DNA from: Microthyrium microscopicum
Taxonomy: Eukaryota
NCBI GenBank assembly: GCA_010405405.1
Contig: MU004236.1
Coordinates: 1,432,070-1,496,069 of the forward strand
DNA: 64,000 nt
Direction of reading: 5' to 3'
Both the position numbers and the translations under genes were made by a program. Under the pieces are notes generated by a model. That model saw only the letters and a list, made by a program, of their open reading frames with translations, had not been told where the DNA came from and ran no database searches. Numbering within the stretch: the stretch's first letter is position 1; every line of letters starts with the position of its first letter. Shown here in pieces: positions 25,401 to 36,904 of the stretch.

Positions 25401-25730
25401 TGATTTCATGAAATCCGCAATTTGACCTATCAGAGGGCTTTGGAAGAACTCCGGGGCTACTGGAAGCACTTCGGGGGCTTTGCGGCCAATGATGGTGCAT
25501 CAGTGGCTGGGGGGAGAAAATTCACTATTCAGAATTAGACTGGGTGCAGGCGGCAATGTCTGGCAGCGCAACTCGAGCTGTCTCCCGCAATATCAAGAAA
25601 ACTGTCCTTTATATTTCACTTTTATGGATTGAGCGCAACAAATTCGAGCGAGTAGCCGTTTGAAATGGTACTAGACTTCATTAAATCGTCCTCAAAGTTT
25701 GCGTTTGATATGGAGTGGATTTGACTTCAT

Positions 25731-25915
25731 TGAGAGCGCGAACACAGAAAAACCTCGCGCACAGTAAAAAATCTCACGCATAGTAAAAGCTGGCGCACCT
25801 AAAAGCTCGCGCCCAAAGGCTCGCACACCCAAAAGCTCGCGCACCTAAAAGCCCGCACCTAAAAGCTCGCACCCAAATGCTCGCGCCCAGGGAAAGCTCG
25901 CGCACTCAAAAAGCT
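25731..25915 (+). repeat. Second tandem array of ~11 units of the AAAAGCTCGCGCACC repeat
   Basis: Same unit and orientation as the 24.5 kb array. Confidence 0.92.
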
Positions 25916-26020
25916 AGAATAGCAAAAGCGTAGGCCAAGTCAGCACGTTGTCACTTGGGAGAATGCGCATATTGAGTTCCATCATTGTTGTTTGGAGACC
26001 CTAGAGTATCATACGAACTA

Positions 26021-26246
26021 CACCCAGATTCGAAAAGTGATGGTCGCCTAGACACACCCCTCACTCATTGTTTTTCCGGAAGTCCATCAAATTCAACCAA
26101 TTACAGCTCGAACATCCCCAAAAACTTAGTATCTAGAACGCTGAACTAGCTAAAATGTAGGCTATTTTAGCCATGATTAGTCAATCTGTATAAAGATTAG
26201 GATACATGGGGGAGGGTCAGCGACCATCACTTTTCGAATCAGGGTG
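26021..26246. mobile_element. MITE, Tc1/mariner-type (226 bp, 27-bp TIR, TA flanks)
   Basis: cacccagattcgaaaagtgatggtcgc (26021..26047) is the inverse of 26220..26246 with 1 mismatch; TA at 26019-20 and 26247-48. Confidence 0.85.
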
Positions 26247-26512
26247 TAGCACCTTGTCACGATCGATCGCAATGAAGGCAAAGGAGGACAGTTGGACAGC
26301 AAACACTGCACTCTGGATTTCGAACGGTTTTCAGCCTTTTTCTACCCAAATAGAATCTCAAGCATGTTAAAATGCGCCCCTCCGATGTCCTTCGCCCCTA
26401 ATCATTCGCATGCTTAGCGTCCTGTCACTTCCTCGAATTAGGAGTTGCGCATCATCCCAAGCTGTTTGGAAAGCTGTTCGGGCTGTCGACCAACGACATG
26501 ATCTACAACGAA

Positions 26513-28483
26513 TTAGTCTGAAGCACAGCTATTCATTGAAGTTCTACCACTTACCAGATTCTTGATGGTATCGTCTTCCAGTGCAAACCATGTTCTGTTT
26601 AACTGCCGCTGTGCTTCTGATACCAGCTGAGCAGATTTCGTGGCTTGTATTTTGTGGCGGTTGAGGATATATGATGCTATCGAGCGTTTGGAGCGTAAAG
26701 TGATTACGTAGGTTTGAGCTGCTTGCTGAGCTTGATCAACGCAACGAATGGCCTCCAGTTTTCGATCCAAGTTATACTCTGGAGACAGAAATATGACACT
26801 CTTGGCCATGGTCAAGTCAAGACCTTTGCTGCCAGCCACAGTCAAGAGCATCACCTGAATATTATCATTCGTTTGGAACTCTTCGCACATGGTCTGTTGC
26901 TCGTCTGGATCCATACGCCCTTTCAAGATCAAACAATCCATGTCATATTGCTCTTTCAAAGCAAGTTCCATGATGTCAAGACCCTCTTCAAAGGGACAGA
27001 AGATAAGGACTTTACCAGAGGCTATTTGATGTTTGATCAATGGTAATGCTGCTTCAATCATGCCTGAGAGTCGCCATCCACCGTCGATCATAAGATTCAT
27101 AAGCTCGCGATGGGTCGTACCGTCTCCCTCATCATCAGATGCCTCTCCTTCACCATCAGTCTCCTCTGCTTCGAAGTGATAGTCTATCGCTTCGTCATTA
27201 GATCCCTCCTCTGCAACAACAGCAAAGTCTTCGGCCATGTCTGTTGTACGATATACGTGGCTACGATTCACAAGAAATGGGTGAACCAGAGCAAGTCTAG
27301 CACGTAGCAGCTGTTCTCGGTCGTCCTGGTTCCCAGCAATCAGAAAATTGCTTTCCAAGGGAACGGCTTCGCCTGTATGTGGTTGCCACCAGCCAGCAGT
27401 AGGTTCTTGAAGCTGTTCGTCTAGCTTTTTCTGGCACACTGGTTTGAGCTGTCTCTGTATCGCTGGACGATGAGAGGTGGATGTTCCGTTGATGAGTTCA
27501 TTTCGCTTGATCGTGATGGCAAAGAGAGATGAGCTCAGAAGAGTCTGTACTTCTGATGGTAGATGTCGCACTGTCCAGAGCGCTCCGATTTGCTCTTTGC
27601 GAACAAAGAGCTCGGAAAAGTTGTCGTAGGCCATGAAAGGGATGATATGACACATTTGAAAGTAAGCATGAAGATCGTTGAAGTCAACAATGTCTACCAG
27701 GAGATGACGATGTGTTTTTCCGGGCAGGTCTGTGATTGCATTGCACAGATTGGCTCCTTTGCTTGATCGCTTATGAGCCTCATCGCAGATGAAACGGTCC
27801 CATTTTCTCAATAAAACAGCCGAGTGTGAACTGCCACGGGGTCTGAGGCGCATTGCTTCCTCATGTGCATCGGTAAACTCATCATGGCTCAGTAGAAGTA
27901 TGCCCTCGCTACACTCCTGCGCAATGTCTTCGGAATACGACAGCTCGAATGATTCAAGCTCTTTGATCCAGGTGGGTATCAGTTGCTTTGGAACCACGAT
28001 AAGCGTATTGCTAACTGGAAAGAACTTCACTAGAGCAACAGCTTGTCGAATTTTGCCCAACTTTGTCGAGTCCGCGAGAATTGAAGATCCGATTTTGCCA
28101 AACAGTTCTAGATAGCGCATGGTAGACACACCCCAACTTTGGAACCCATATAGCTTAGGATGTTGTACTCTTAGCTCAAGTGGGATATCGACGCCTTGGT
28201 TTGCCATCTTGTCAATTACACTGGCTTGCTTAAGTAGAAGCTTTATCCAGTCGATGACTTCCGCAATTGGCTGCTTGTCGATGGCCTGATGTGGAAGTCT
28301 TAACCCGCCTCGTGGGATGATGATTGGACTACTTGGACCAGAATTCAGGTCCGTAATATGAAATTGAGGAACATGTTCGCTCATGGGGATAGACGATGAA
28401 TATGTGCCAGTATCATCCAAAGAAGTCAGACCCATTAATCTTCTTCGACTCATGTTTGACTCGTTCATGCAATGATATAGCAA
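26513..28483 (-). CDS. SNF2-family helicase-like protein with degenerate catalytic motifs (start codon uncertain, likely 28384-28468)
   Basis: ILADSTKLGKI (motif I), TLIVVP (Ia), ICDEAH (II), KVLIFCPF (IV), AGSKGLDL (V), EAIRCVDQAQQ (VI) in SNF2 order within one uninterrupted ORF. Confidence 0.8.
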   Translation of the reverse strand: MLYHCMNESNMSRRRLMGLTSLDDTGTYSSSIPMSEHVPQFHITDLNSGPSSPIIIPRGGLRLPHQAIDKQPIAEVIDWIKLLLKQASVIDKMANQGVDIPLELRVQHPKLYGFQSWGVSTMRYLELFGKIGSSILADSTKLGKIRQAVALVKFFPVSNTLIVVPKQLIPTWIKELESFELSYSEDIAQECSEGILLLSHDEFTDAHEEAMRLRPRGSSHSAVLLRKWDRFICDEAHKRSSKGANLCNAITDLPGKTHRHLLVDIVDFNDLHAYFQMCHIIPFMAYDNFSELFVRKEQIGALWTVRHLPSEVQTLLSSSLFAITIKRNELINGTSTSHRPAIQRQLKPVCQKKLDEQLQEPTAGWWQPHTGEAVPLESNFLIAGNQDDREQLLRARLALVHPFLVNRSHVYRTTDMAEDFAVVAEEGSNDEAIDYHFEAEETDGEGEASDDEGDGTTHRELMNLMIDGGWRLSGMIEAALPLIKHQIASGKVLIFCPFEEGLDIMELALKEQYDMDCLILKGRMDPDEQQTMCEEFQTNDNIQVMLLTVAGSKGLDLTMAKSVIFLSPEYNLDRKLEAIRCVDQAQQAAQTYVITLRSKRSIASYILNRHKIQATKSAQLVSEAQRQLNRTWFALEDDTIKNLVSGRTSMNSCASD

Positions 28484-29123
28484 GAAAAGATCTCAATAGA
28501 AAGTGTGGACGACCGAGAAAATATCCAGATGATGGAATTGGAATGGAAGAGAGGATAGGATTGAGAATGAGACGGAACCGAAAGCTGTCAAGGATGGAAT
28601 ATGACTGAAAAGTGTGGAGGATGGATGGTAATGGAAAAGCATAGGTTTTATACAACGCAATCGAAAGGTAGGTCGTTGATGGCTTCATGATTGAATGTTC
28701 ACTGGGCACGAGCCTAGAACTGAGACCGTGATGCATTGGGAGGGAAAGTTCAGAGCAAAGCTGCAAGGCTCCTGGGACTGTAAGGCTGTTGTAGACGCTA
28801 GTTACTCGAGAAGCAGCGTACTGTCAGCCTGTCGTGTCAATGTTTATTGCTGTTTGAGGAAAGCAATGAAGCATCAGGATGGCATTCAAGCTCTTGTAGC
28901 AGTAGCACATGTCCCGAAAGAGTTATTGAGAGTTTAACCGCCAGGAGATGCCGCTTTCGATCCTGACACAATAAGCCACGCCTCGATAGCAGCTACCGCA
29001 TGCAGTTCTTGACTTGCATCGCTGATGAGAGGTTCAAGAAGTGAACAACAGCTTCAGATTCTCAGGATGTGCTTCGGTGTATGACAATGAAAGCTGATCT
29101 GGCTTATGAGTATTAACCCATCA

Positions 29124-29975
29124 CTATAGCTGTACATTCTGCTTTCTGAAACATATTGTCACCACAGTCTGTCCTTCCTGGCCGCCAAAGCGAAAGCTGG
29201 GATATCGCACTCGGTCTTGGAAGACAAACCGACCGTCTTCACCTGCTGAATTTGTCTGGAACCAATGACAAAGCTCTTCTTCGGTCCAGTTGCAGCTGGT
29301 GATCAGAAATAGGCCATTGTCCTTGAGAAGCGGCTTGACTCTGATGCGATACAGTTCGCTAGCTCTTCTACCATCAGGTGTTGTATCGGAAGACAAGGAT
29401 ATGGCATCGAAAGTGCCTTTGTCTAGTAGCACATCGAATGGCGTAATAGGACTCGACCGATCAGAGAGGAGATCATGCGTCAGAAAATCGATAGGCGCAC
29501 GACACACTTCATCATCCTCTTGTTCAGAGGTCTGTTGCCGCGCCTGTTCTATCCTTTTAGCCAGCTCAATAGAGGCTTGACTATAGTCCAAGCCCAACAT
29601 AGCACCAGCCCATTGCTCTTTCCTCAAAGCAAAGAGAAGATGGCCATTGCCAGTACCGAGATCCAGAAAAGTGGTAGCGTGCTTATCGATCCAGCTTGTT
29701 TCACCGTTTCCTTTGACTAAAGTGCCCTGATCGGCGAGCTCATCAAGAAACTCTAGCATCTTTTCCTCCGCGCCCGAGTCTGAGAACCAGATAGTGCCTT
29801 CATCCTCAGGGTTTTCACTGTGATTCGACAGCTCGCGCTGATAGCATTCGTCCCAACTGTCGCATTCGTGAGTCTTTGGAAATCCATGATGATTGGAAAA
29901 GAAGGCGACGGACTATGTTTTTGTGCCCAATTCACTAGGCTCTAGAGGAGCAGGAAGATTTGAAGTATCGGCCAT
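29124..29975 (-). CDS. EFM4: Protein-lysine N-methyltransferase Efm4/See1 (eEF1A methyltransferase)
   Basis: PSELGTK.YWD, DEGTIWFSD, FLDLGTGNGHLL, LLDKGTFDAISL, ITSCNWTEEEL, YPSFRFGG.EG. Confidence 0.92.
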
Positions 29976-30215
29976 GACAATGATTTTCAAGCATGGAAAC
30001 ATTGGAGGTTCAGCGCATAAAAAAAGGCAACTGAAGTTGGGCTGCATGGAGCTGACTAATCAACCGAAAACTCGGCCCGAAGCAAAGCTTGTCGGCACAC
30101 ATACCCTCCCCTCAAGCGAAATCCTCAATTTCGCTCTCGACCACATCAAACCACCACTACCAAAAACCCACTCATCTCTTCGAGGAAAAGCCGACAGCTA
30201 TTCACAAATTCCAAG

Positions 30216-30827
30216 ATGGTACGTCAATTTTCAATGCTCGCTCTGCACAGCTCAATATACCTGCCACCGAGCTGCGGCAAGCTAGATAAGGACGCTTTAA
30301 GCCGGTTGACTAACACAACCTTCACAGTCGGACGGAGAAGAGCCAACATCCCCCGTCGCTGCGGCCGATGAGGTCGAGGTCAGCGCAGACACTTCCGCCG
30401 GAAAAGGACAAATGTCCGTCCTTGACGCGCTCAAGGGCGTGCTCAAAATTGCTCTCATCCACGATGGTCTCGCCCGCGGTCTCCGTGAGGCTTCCAAGGC
30501 TCTCGATCGTCGCCAGGCCCACATGTGTGTGCTCAACGAGAACTGTGAGGAGGAGGCATACAAGAAGCTAGTCGTTGCGCTGTGCTCGGAACACAAAATT
30601 CCTCTCATCAAGGTGCCAGATGGCAAGCAATTGGGAGAATGGGCTGGACTATGTACGTTTTGGGTCGCGTGCCATGGGCGAACTCTGCTAACGGATACAC
30701 AGGCCAGATCGATCGTGAAGGAAACCCACGTAAGGTCGTCAACTGCTCGTGCGTCGTCGTTCGTGATTGGGGTGAGGAGAGCCAAGAGCGTTCAATTCTG
30801 CTCAACTACTTCCAAACCGAGCAGTAA
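30216..30827 (+). CDS. RPS12: 40S ribosomal protein S12 (eS12)
   Basis: ATG-only first coding exon, then [31 protein letters not shown]...[31 protein letters not shown]. Confidence 0.97.
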
Positions 30828-31072
30828 TCGCTGATTCGGCGTACGTCTACGGTCGGAGTTCGGTGGCATTTCATCATGGGACATGTGCATGCATTCTACA
30901 CTTTCGGTCTAGAGGAAGAGCTCATAGTCTCTTTAAGCGGAAAATCAAAAGCCATACTGCAATATGCAGCGTAACCAAAACCATGAAGTCTACTTTGACT
31001 ATTATCATACTACGTTTCAACGTGAAGGGTATCATCATCATTATATGCCGTCAAAACCTCCCCGTCGTGTGT

Positions 31073-31655
31073 CTACTCCTTGACAATCTCTGCCTTGAGA
31101 AATGCTTTGCCTGGCTTCGCAAGCCCAGCTTCCACGCCCTTCAATATATCCATATGAATCTCTTCCACCTTCTTTTCCTTTTCAGCCAGCGCCCGTTTCT
31201 CCATCTCCGCCTCCCAAATAAAATTGCCAGCCCCGCCTCTACCCACCCTTCGTGATTCCATTGCCCCATCATCAAGTCCACCTATTCTCTCTTTGGGCAC
31301 TCTGCTCGCTCGCCGATTCACATTGCCCATCACAAACTTTCCTTCCGCTTCAAGCTGTTTCGGCGCATACCAATTGCCAGATCCACTATACTCCATCAGC
31401 AAACTGAAACATCTAGCAGCGTAATACAATTACCCGCGACCCATGTGTGCATATTCGGCCGCACCACTAGTTGTTTCCGCTTCGCGTTGGAGCTTAGGGG
31501 CGTTACCCGCGGATGCAGGCTGGGCTTCGACATCCTACGTAGATGTCAATCATAGTCGCGATATGTGCAGACGGGGAGGAAGAGACCTGTGCCATGCGCT
31601 GGGTATTTTCAGCGAGTTGCTGGATATTGCCGGCGCCGCCTCGTCCATAGGACAT
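31073..31655 (-). CDS. GRGGAGN-repeat protein (DUF3602 / Par32-like)
   Basis: Three GRGG(A/S)GN motifs across three exons. Confidence 0.8.
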
Positions 31656-32160
31656 GGTCGATGTGATCGCGGGAGATTGGAAGGGGTTTGCTTGCACCGT
31701 ACGGCGATAGGGATTGGATGTTCGTCTGCGGGGTTTGCGAGTGGTAGTTGGATTCGCAGAGGAGGTAATTGAAAGTTTTGTAATTTGTATGGTGAAAGAT
31801 TGCAAGGCACTACGAAAGGATACTAAAAAATATTTCTTGATTGCTAGATGATGTGAAAGTAGCTCATGTTACGGTAGAACTGATTCAAACGAAAGACCAA
31901 GTACATAAGAACACAGGGTAACGTCCGGATTCGCCAAGATTTATTTTCTTTTTGGAAGGGGCCAATTCAATGTGCTATGGAAATAAGTAAATAAAGTTTT
32001 TTATCTCGCAGTATGTGGTAATTGGCAATTTGAAATATTGATCTCTTATTTCAGTCTAAATTCTATAGACTTGCTGGACGAGATGTCCCCTCCCTCCAAT
32101 GAGACATTGGCTCAGCGCATGCTATTACATTAAAAAGTAGAACAACAAAATAAAAAGAAG

Positions 32161-32199
32161 ATGAGTCAAGGACAGTTCATATCGATAGATGTGACGTCA
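32161..32199. promoter_or_regulatory. Candidate bZIP sites TGAGTCA (32162) and TGACGTCA (32192) about 500 nt upstream of the GRGGAGN gene
   Basis: Exact Gcn4/CpcA-type and ATF/CRE-type consensus matches 30 nt apart; short motifs, function unproven. Confidence 0.3.
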
Positions 32200-32419
32200 A
32201 CTTGACTTCTAATGCAACACTGTAGATATCTGTTTGAATCTTTCTATGCTGCTGCTGCCTGCCAGCATTGAGATGGCTACTGTACGCGAGTTCTGTTGGA
32301 GGTCAGATGCCGCCCAACAGCCAACCAATCAATCGTTCTCGCTGTGCTCATCACTAGTGCGCTGTTAAGCTTGCAGCCCTGGAAAGTGACGATTGTAATA
32401 TGTTTCGTCCCTATGCTTC

Positions 32420-34243
32420 CTAATCACGCTTGTTAAAGGACAGCAAGCAATCATCCTGCATAAGTTATTAGCATCAATACGCCACAACAATTTCAAAAAT
32501 ATAAAGCACTTACCATGGGAAAGATAGTTGCGAAGACCTTGATATCTTCACTCCTGTCCGTTATTTGATGCTTCCAATCCAAGTCCAAACTGGCCTTGCC
32601 AATCATTGCCATCAGGTTGAGGGTGGCATACTGTTGCCCAAGACAATAATGCGGTCCTGTACCAAACACCAACCAATTCTTCACCTGCTTCTCAGCATCG
32701 CCGGTAATCCATCGCTCTGGTTCGAATGCATCTGGATTTGGATAGGCTTCCGGGTCGTGTAGAGCAGGATATGTTGATGGAATGACCATGGAGCCCTTGG
32801 GAGCAGTGTACGTATCAGTGATGGGGAAATCCTTTTTGGCGATGTAAGGAACCATGATAACTGGAGGCCTGTAACGGAGAGTTTCCTTGACAACAGCGCG
32901 AGTAAAAGTCATACTTTCCAGCATTTCCAGAGACAACTCCTTCTTTCGGTCGCCGTTTCGAACGCGCAGGTTCTCCTCTCTGACCTGATCGAGAAACTCC
33001 GGACGATCAGCCATGATTTGAAACAGCCATGTTGAAGCTGCGCTGGTCGCATCTTGGCTGGCAAAGAGGAAGGTCAAAAGAGTCATGCTGATCTCAAAGT
33101 CACTGAACCAGCGAATGAGCATATCTGGCTTCTCACTTGTTGGGACTTCGATCCCAGCTTCAATCTTTTCGCGGTATTCCTTGGATTTGATCATAGACGT
33201 TACCCATCCATCAAGAATGCAGTCCATCTTTCCACCTGCTAGCATACGGACCTTGCTCTTCGCGGCGCATTTGGCGAATTCTACAAGAACAACATCGGCA
33301 GCTTTTTTTCCGTACCATGTCTTGGTAAAGGGAATGATGATTGGGAAATTGACGAGTTCAAGAGCGGCGGTGATATTGTAGTAATCATCCGCAATTTGCT
33401 TGACAGTGTCATCCGACATGTAATGGCCAACGAAAGTACGGCAAGAAACAGCGCACATCAATTCGCGAAAGACGGGCATGAACGGTACAGCCTTGCCATT
33501 ATTCTTTTTGGTGATATCCAAGAAGTTCTCAAAATATTTGTCATAGACCTCTTCTTGTCCTGGAAGGTATATTTCAAGAGCTTGGCGAGTGAAAAGTCCG
33601 TTTAGTCCTTTGCGATAATCGACGTGGGCTTTACCATCCAGGAAAACCCAGTTTTGAGGACGAAGTAGTTTATAAGCAATATCCACAACACATGGTTTGA
33701 CAAAGGACGGGCTGTTGAAGATTTTTCGGGACATATCTCTGGTCGAGGCGATGACTACGAACCTGACTTGGATTTAGCATAACCCTGGCAAAAAGCAATT
33801 TACGAGTATCATACTTATGGAAGACCGATACACAGCTCAGGGCCCCACTATCCCATTTTGCCTTGTATCCGGAGAACTCTGGGTTCATCGATTCGAGGAA
33901 AGGGCCGATAAAAGGCATTTTGAGGGGTGGACCGGAAATGCTGCCTTTTTGTGTGATATACTTGTCTGAAGAAGACGCGTTAGCACATTGGACACCCAAA
34001 TTGAACGCAATCGGCAGGTTCATTGTCGGAAGGGATTATGTTGGGCTCATCTCCAAACTCACATTGGTCATACAGTACTGCGGAGACGATAATGGTCAAT
34101 AGTATGGACCATATGCTCACTCCCTCAACCATCCTTGCCAGAAAGCCATTTGCAAACTTCTCTCCAGCGGCAAAAGAGGCATCAGCTCGCGGAGAAGCAG
34201 CTAGAGTAGCATTCACTACTTGTTGGACAACTTTGGCGGCCAT
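32420..34243 (-). CDS. ERG5: Sterol C-22 desaturase, cytochrome P450 CYP61
   Basis: LSCVSVFHKF, FLFASQDATS (I-helix), ETLRYRPPV, FGTGPHYCLG (heme Cys), SEDIKVFATIFPMDDCLL. Confidence 0.96.
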
Positions 34244-34986
34244 TGTATGTTGTGGGCGTTATCGCTAGCCAAAAGACTACGCGAAGTAGACGTGCGGAAG
34301 AGAGATATGGGAGTGCGCGGGTGCGCAGAAGGACCTCCGGGGGTCTGTTACCCGCTCGAAAGATGAGATGAGAGAAAGCCCGTGGAATAGACGAGACAAT
34401 CGGGCGGCTCTCTTGAGCCCTTGTTATTATCTTGAAAAGAAGACAGAGAAAGGGGAGTGGAAAATTATTGAAGTCGATGTTGCAACGATCCAGCCAGTAG
34501 TGGAGCCCACAGCAGAAGGAGCACGGACAGCAATGAACGGAAAGCGGAAGCTGCGCTTGGTCAATGGCGTGTTTGGGCCAGGGTCTGGTCGCTGCTGCCG
34601 TTTGTCAAAAGTCGATCTTTCCCTACGAAATACAAGCGCTTGACCGCTCTTCCGGGATTCAGGGTCCGACTTTTTCCTTGATAAAAGCAACACCACTCCT
34701 TTATCACCATCTACACAATATAATCTGTTGATAATGCACAACTGTAGAATCGCTCAGACTTCATGACGGGATTATCATGATGGAATTGTCAGCAGTATTT
34801 TCTCTTCAAACAGATCGAGCCAGACTGTCAGATGTTTTTGCAATTCCCGATGTTCATACAATGATACAGCCAATGAAGTATTGCAGAACAGTAAGAATGT
34901 TGCCAAAGAATCCCTATCAAGGATAATGTTAAGCAGTGGCACTCAATTCATGTTCATTGCCTAGATTTACAATTTGTACTGTCACA

Positions 34987-36904
34987 TCAGCCGCGTTTAA
35001 GATTTGATAAAGCCTGCGTTAGCATATCGGCTGAATGCTCAACAGCAACCACCTTGTCAGGGTTTAAAAGGCATAGTGGATCAAACGCAAGCTTGACCCT
35101 TCGCATCAAATCCACAGTATTAGGGCCGAGCTCTTTATCAAGGTATTTTCTCTTGACTAGACCAACTCCATGCTCACCAGTTGCTGTACCCTCCATCTCG
35201 ATCGCCCTATACACCATCTTCCTCACAATATCTTCGACTAGTTTTTGCTCCTTTGCGGATGAAGAGTTGTAGAGGATGATAGAATGAAAGTTACCATCTC
35301 CAACATGGCCAAGTATCGTGCCGAGAAGACCAGAAGCTTTGATATCCGCCTGAGTTTCCTCTATGATTTGGGCAAGCTTCGAAATTGGAACGGCCACGTC
35401 TGTTGTCCAGACTCGGTGTCCTTCCTCACTTGACTGAGCAATCACACTCCAAAGGGATTCTTTTCTGGCGCTCCAGAGTTCAGTGGCTTCTTCTTTCGTT
35501 CTCGCGAATTCGAACGATTTACTTCCGCAGCTGTTTGCGATAGCTTTGGTAAGTGAGATATGCTCCTTCACCGCAGTCTTCGTGCTAGCGAACTTGAAAA
35601 GGAGTGTTGGGATTTCTTTCCAAACTTTGGTAGTCATTCCAGCGTCATTGATGCATTTCATTTGTACATCATCCATAATCTCAACTGCAGCTACTGGTAT
35701 ACCAGCCTTGATGACTCCAACGGCTGCTTCAGCTGCTGCTTTTACTGTAGGAAAAGAGGCAACAGCTACACTCTCCTGTTCGGCACGTGGAATGAGCTTC
35801 AATGTTGCTTCGGTGACGAGACCTAGGGTACCCTCGCTCCCAATGAATAGCCGAGTCAAGTCATATCCAGCACTGCTCTTCCGCGGCCGTTGTCGTGTCT
35901 TCACAATCGTCCCGTCAGCGAGAACAACCGTCAGACTCAAAACCCAGTCCTTCATGGTCCCATATCGGTATGAGTTTGTTCCACTGCAACCAGTGCCAAT
36001 CATACCACCGATTTGAGCACCAGGACCTGGATCAGGTGGAAAGAATAAACCAGACTTGGCGAGCTCTTCGTTTAAGCCTTCCCAGCCGACGCCTGGTTGT
36101 ACGACAACGTCCAGATCATCGGCGTGTAACTGTAAAATTTTACCCATTCGAGAGAAATCAATGCAAACACCTCCACGAGTAGAGGTGAAATGGCCTTCTA
36201 GTGACGTGCCTCCGGAGAATGAGGTTGTAGGAATATGCCGAGCATGGCATATTTTCATAATCTCTGAAACCTGCTCTGTAGTTTCAGGCTTGAGCACTAC
36301 AAATGGTATCTCATTAGGTAAAGCTGGATGAGTTGACCAACTTGATCCGCCGTGTGACTCGAGCTCCCCTGGTGCAGTTATAACATGTTCCTCTCCAATC
36401 AGTTCCACAAATTGTGCCCATGCTGCCTGAAGGGTAAACGGTCTGGTATCGTGATCTAATGGACGAACTTCGTCTAAAGGAGTGGTAGATGTGATAGGTG
36501 CCGGAGGTGGAGCTCGCAGGCCACCAATGTAGTAGCCTACATACAATGCTGTCGCAGTGGCTATTAATTGCGGTTAGCTTTGCTTGAAGCGGAGTTGGAG
36601 TAGACCTGCCGGCTATGAATGCGACTGTTCTGTTCGCGCTGTTGTCTGCAAACTTCTGGAAAGCGCTGTACTTTGCTCTCTCCTTTCGCTCTCTCTGTAT
36701 GCGCTGGTATGTACTATCCCATAGCTGCGTTTGAAATGGCCGTAAACCGGTCTCTGGAAGCTGGTCTCGTAGAGTCTTCCTTTCCTTTTCGGTACTATAT
36801 TCTCTGACTGGTCCGAATTGTGTACATCTTTGGCTTGCGCGCAGCCAGTTTGTCGAGCGAAGTGCACGGTTTGTTTGCCTCAGCTGAAGGGAGGGTGAAG
36901 CCAT
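34987..36904 (-). CDS. DLD1: Mitochondrial D-lactate dehydrogenase (cytochrome)
   Basis: SGGTSLEGH, FFPPDPGPGAQIGGM, RPRKSSAGYDLT, GHVGDGNFH, TGEHGVG, LLNPDK; presequence-like N-terminus; inferred intron 36561..36609. Confidence 0.93.

Noticed and set aside
19300..28950. Starship or other autonomous transposon call for the island
   Set aside because: No tyrosine recombinase, DDE transposase, Rep/helicase or reverse transcriptase motifs and no element termini found by eye
34338..34354. CGG-N11-CCG upstream of ERG5 as a Zn2Cys6 site
   Set aside because: Six informative bases only; expected by chance and no comparative support
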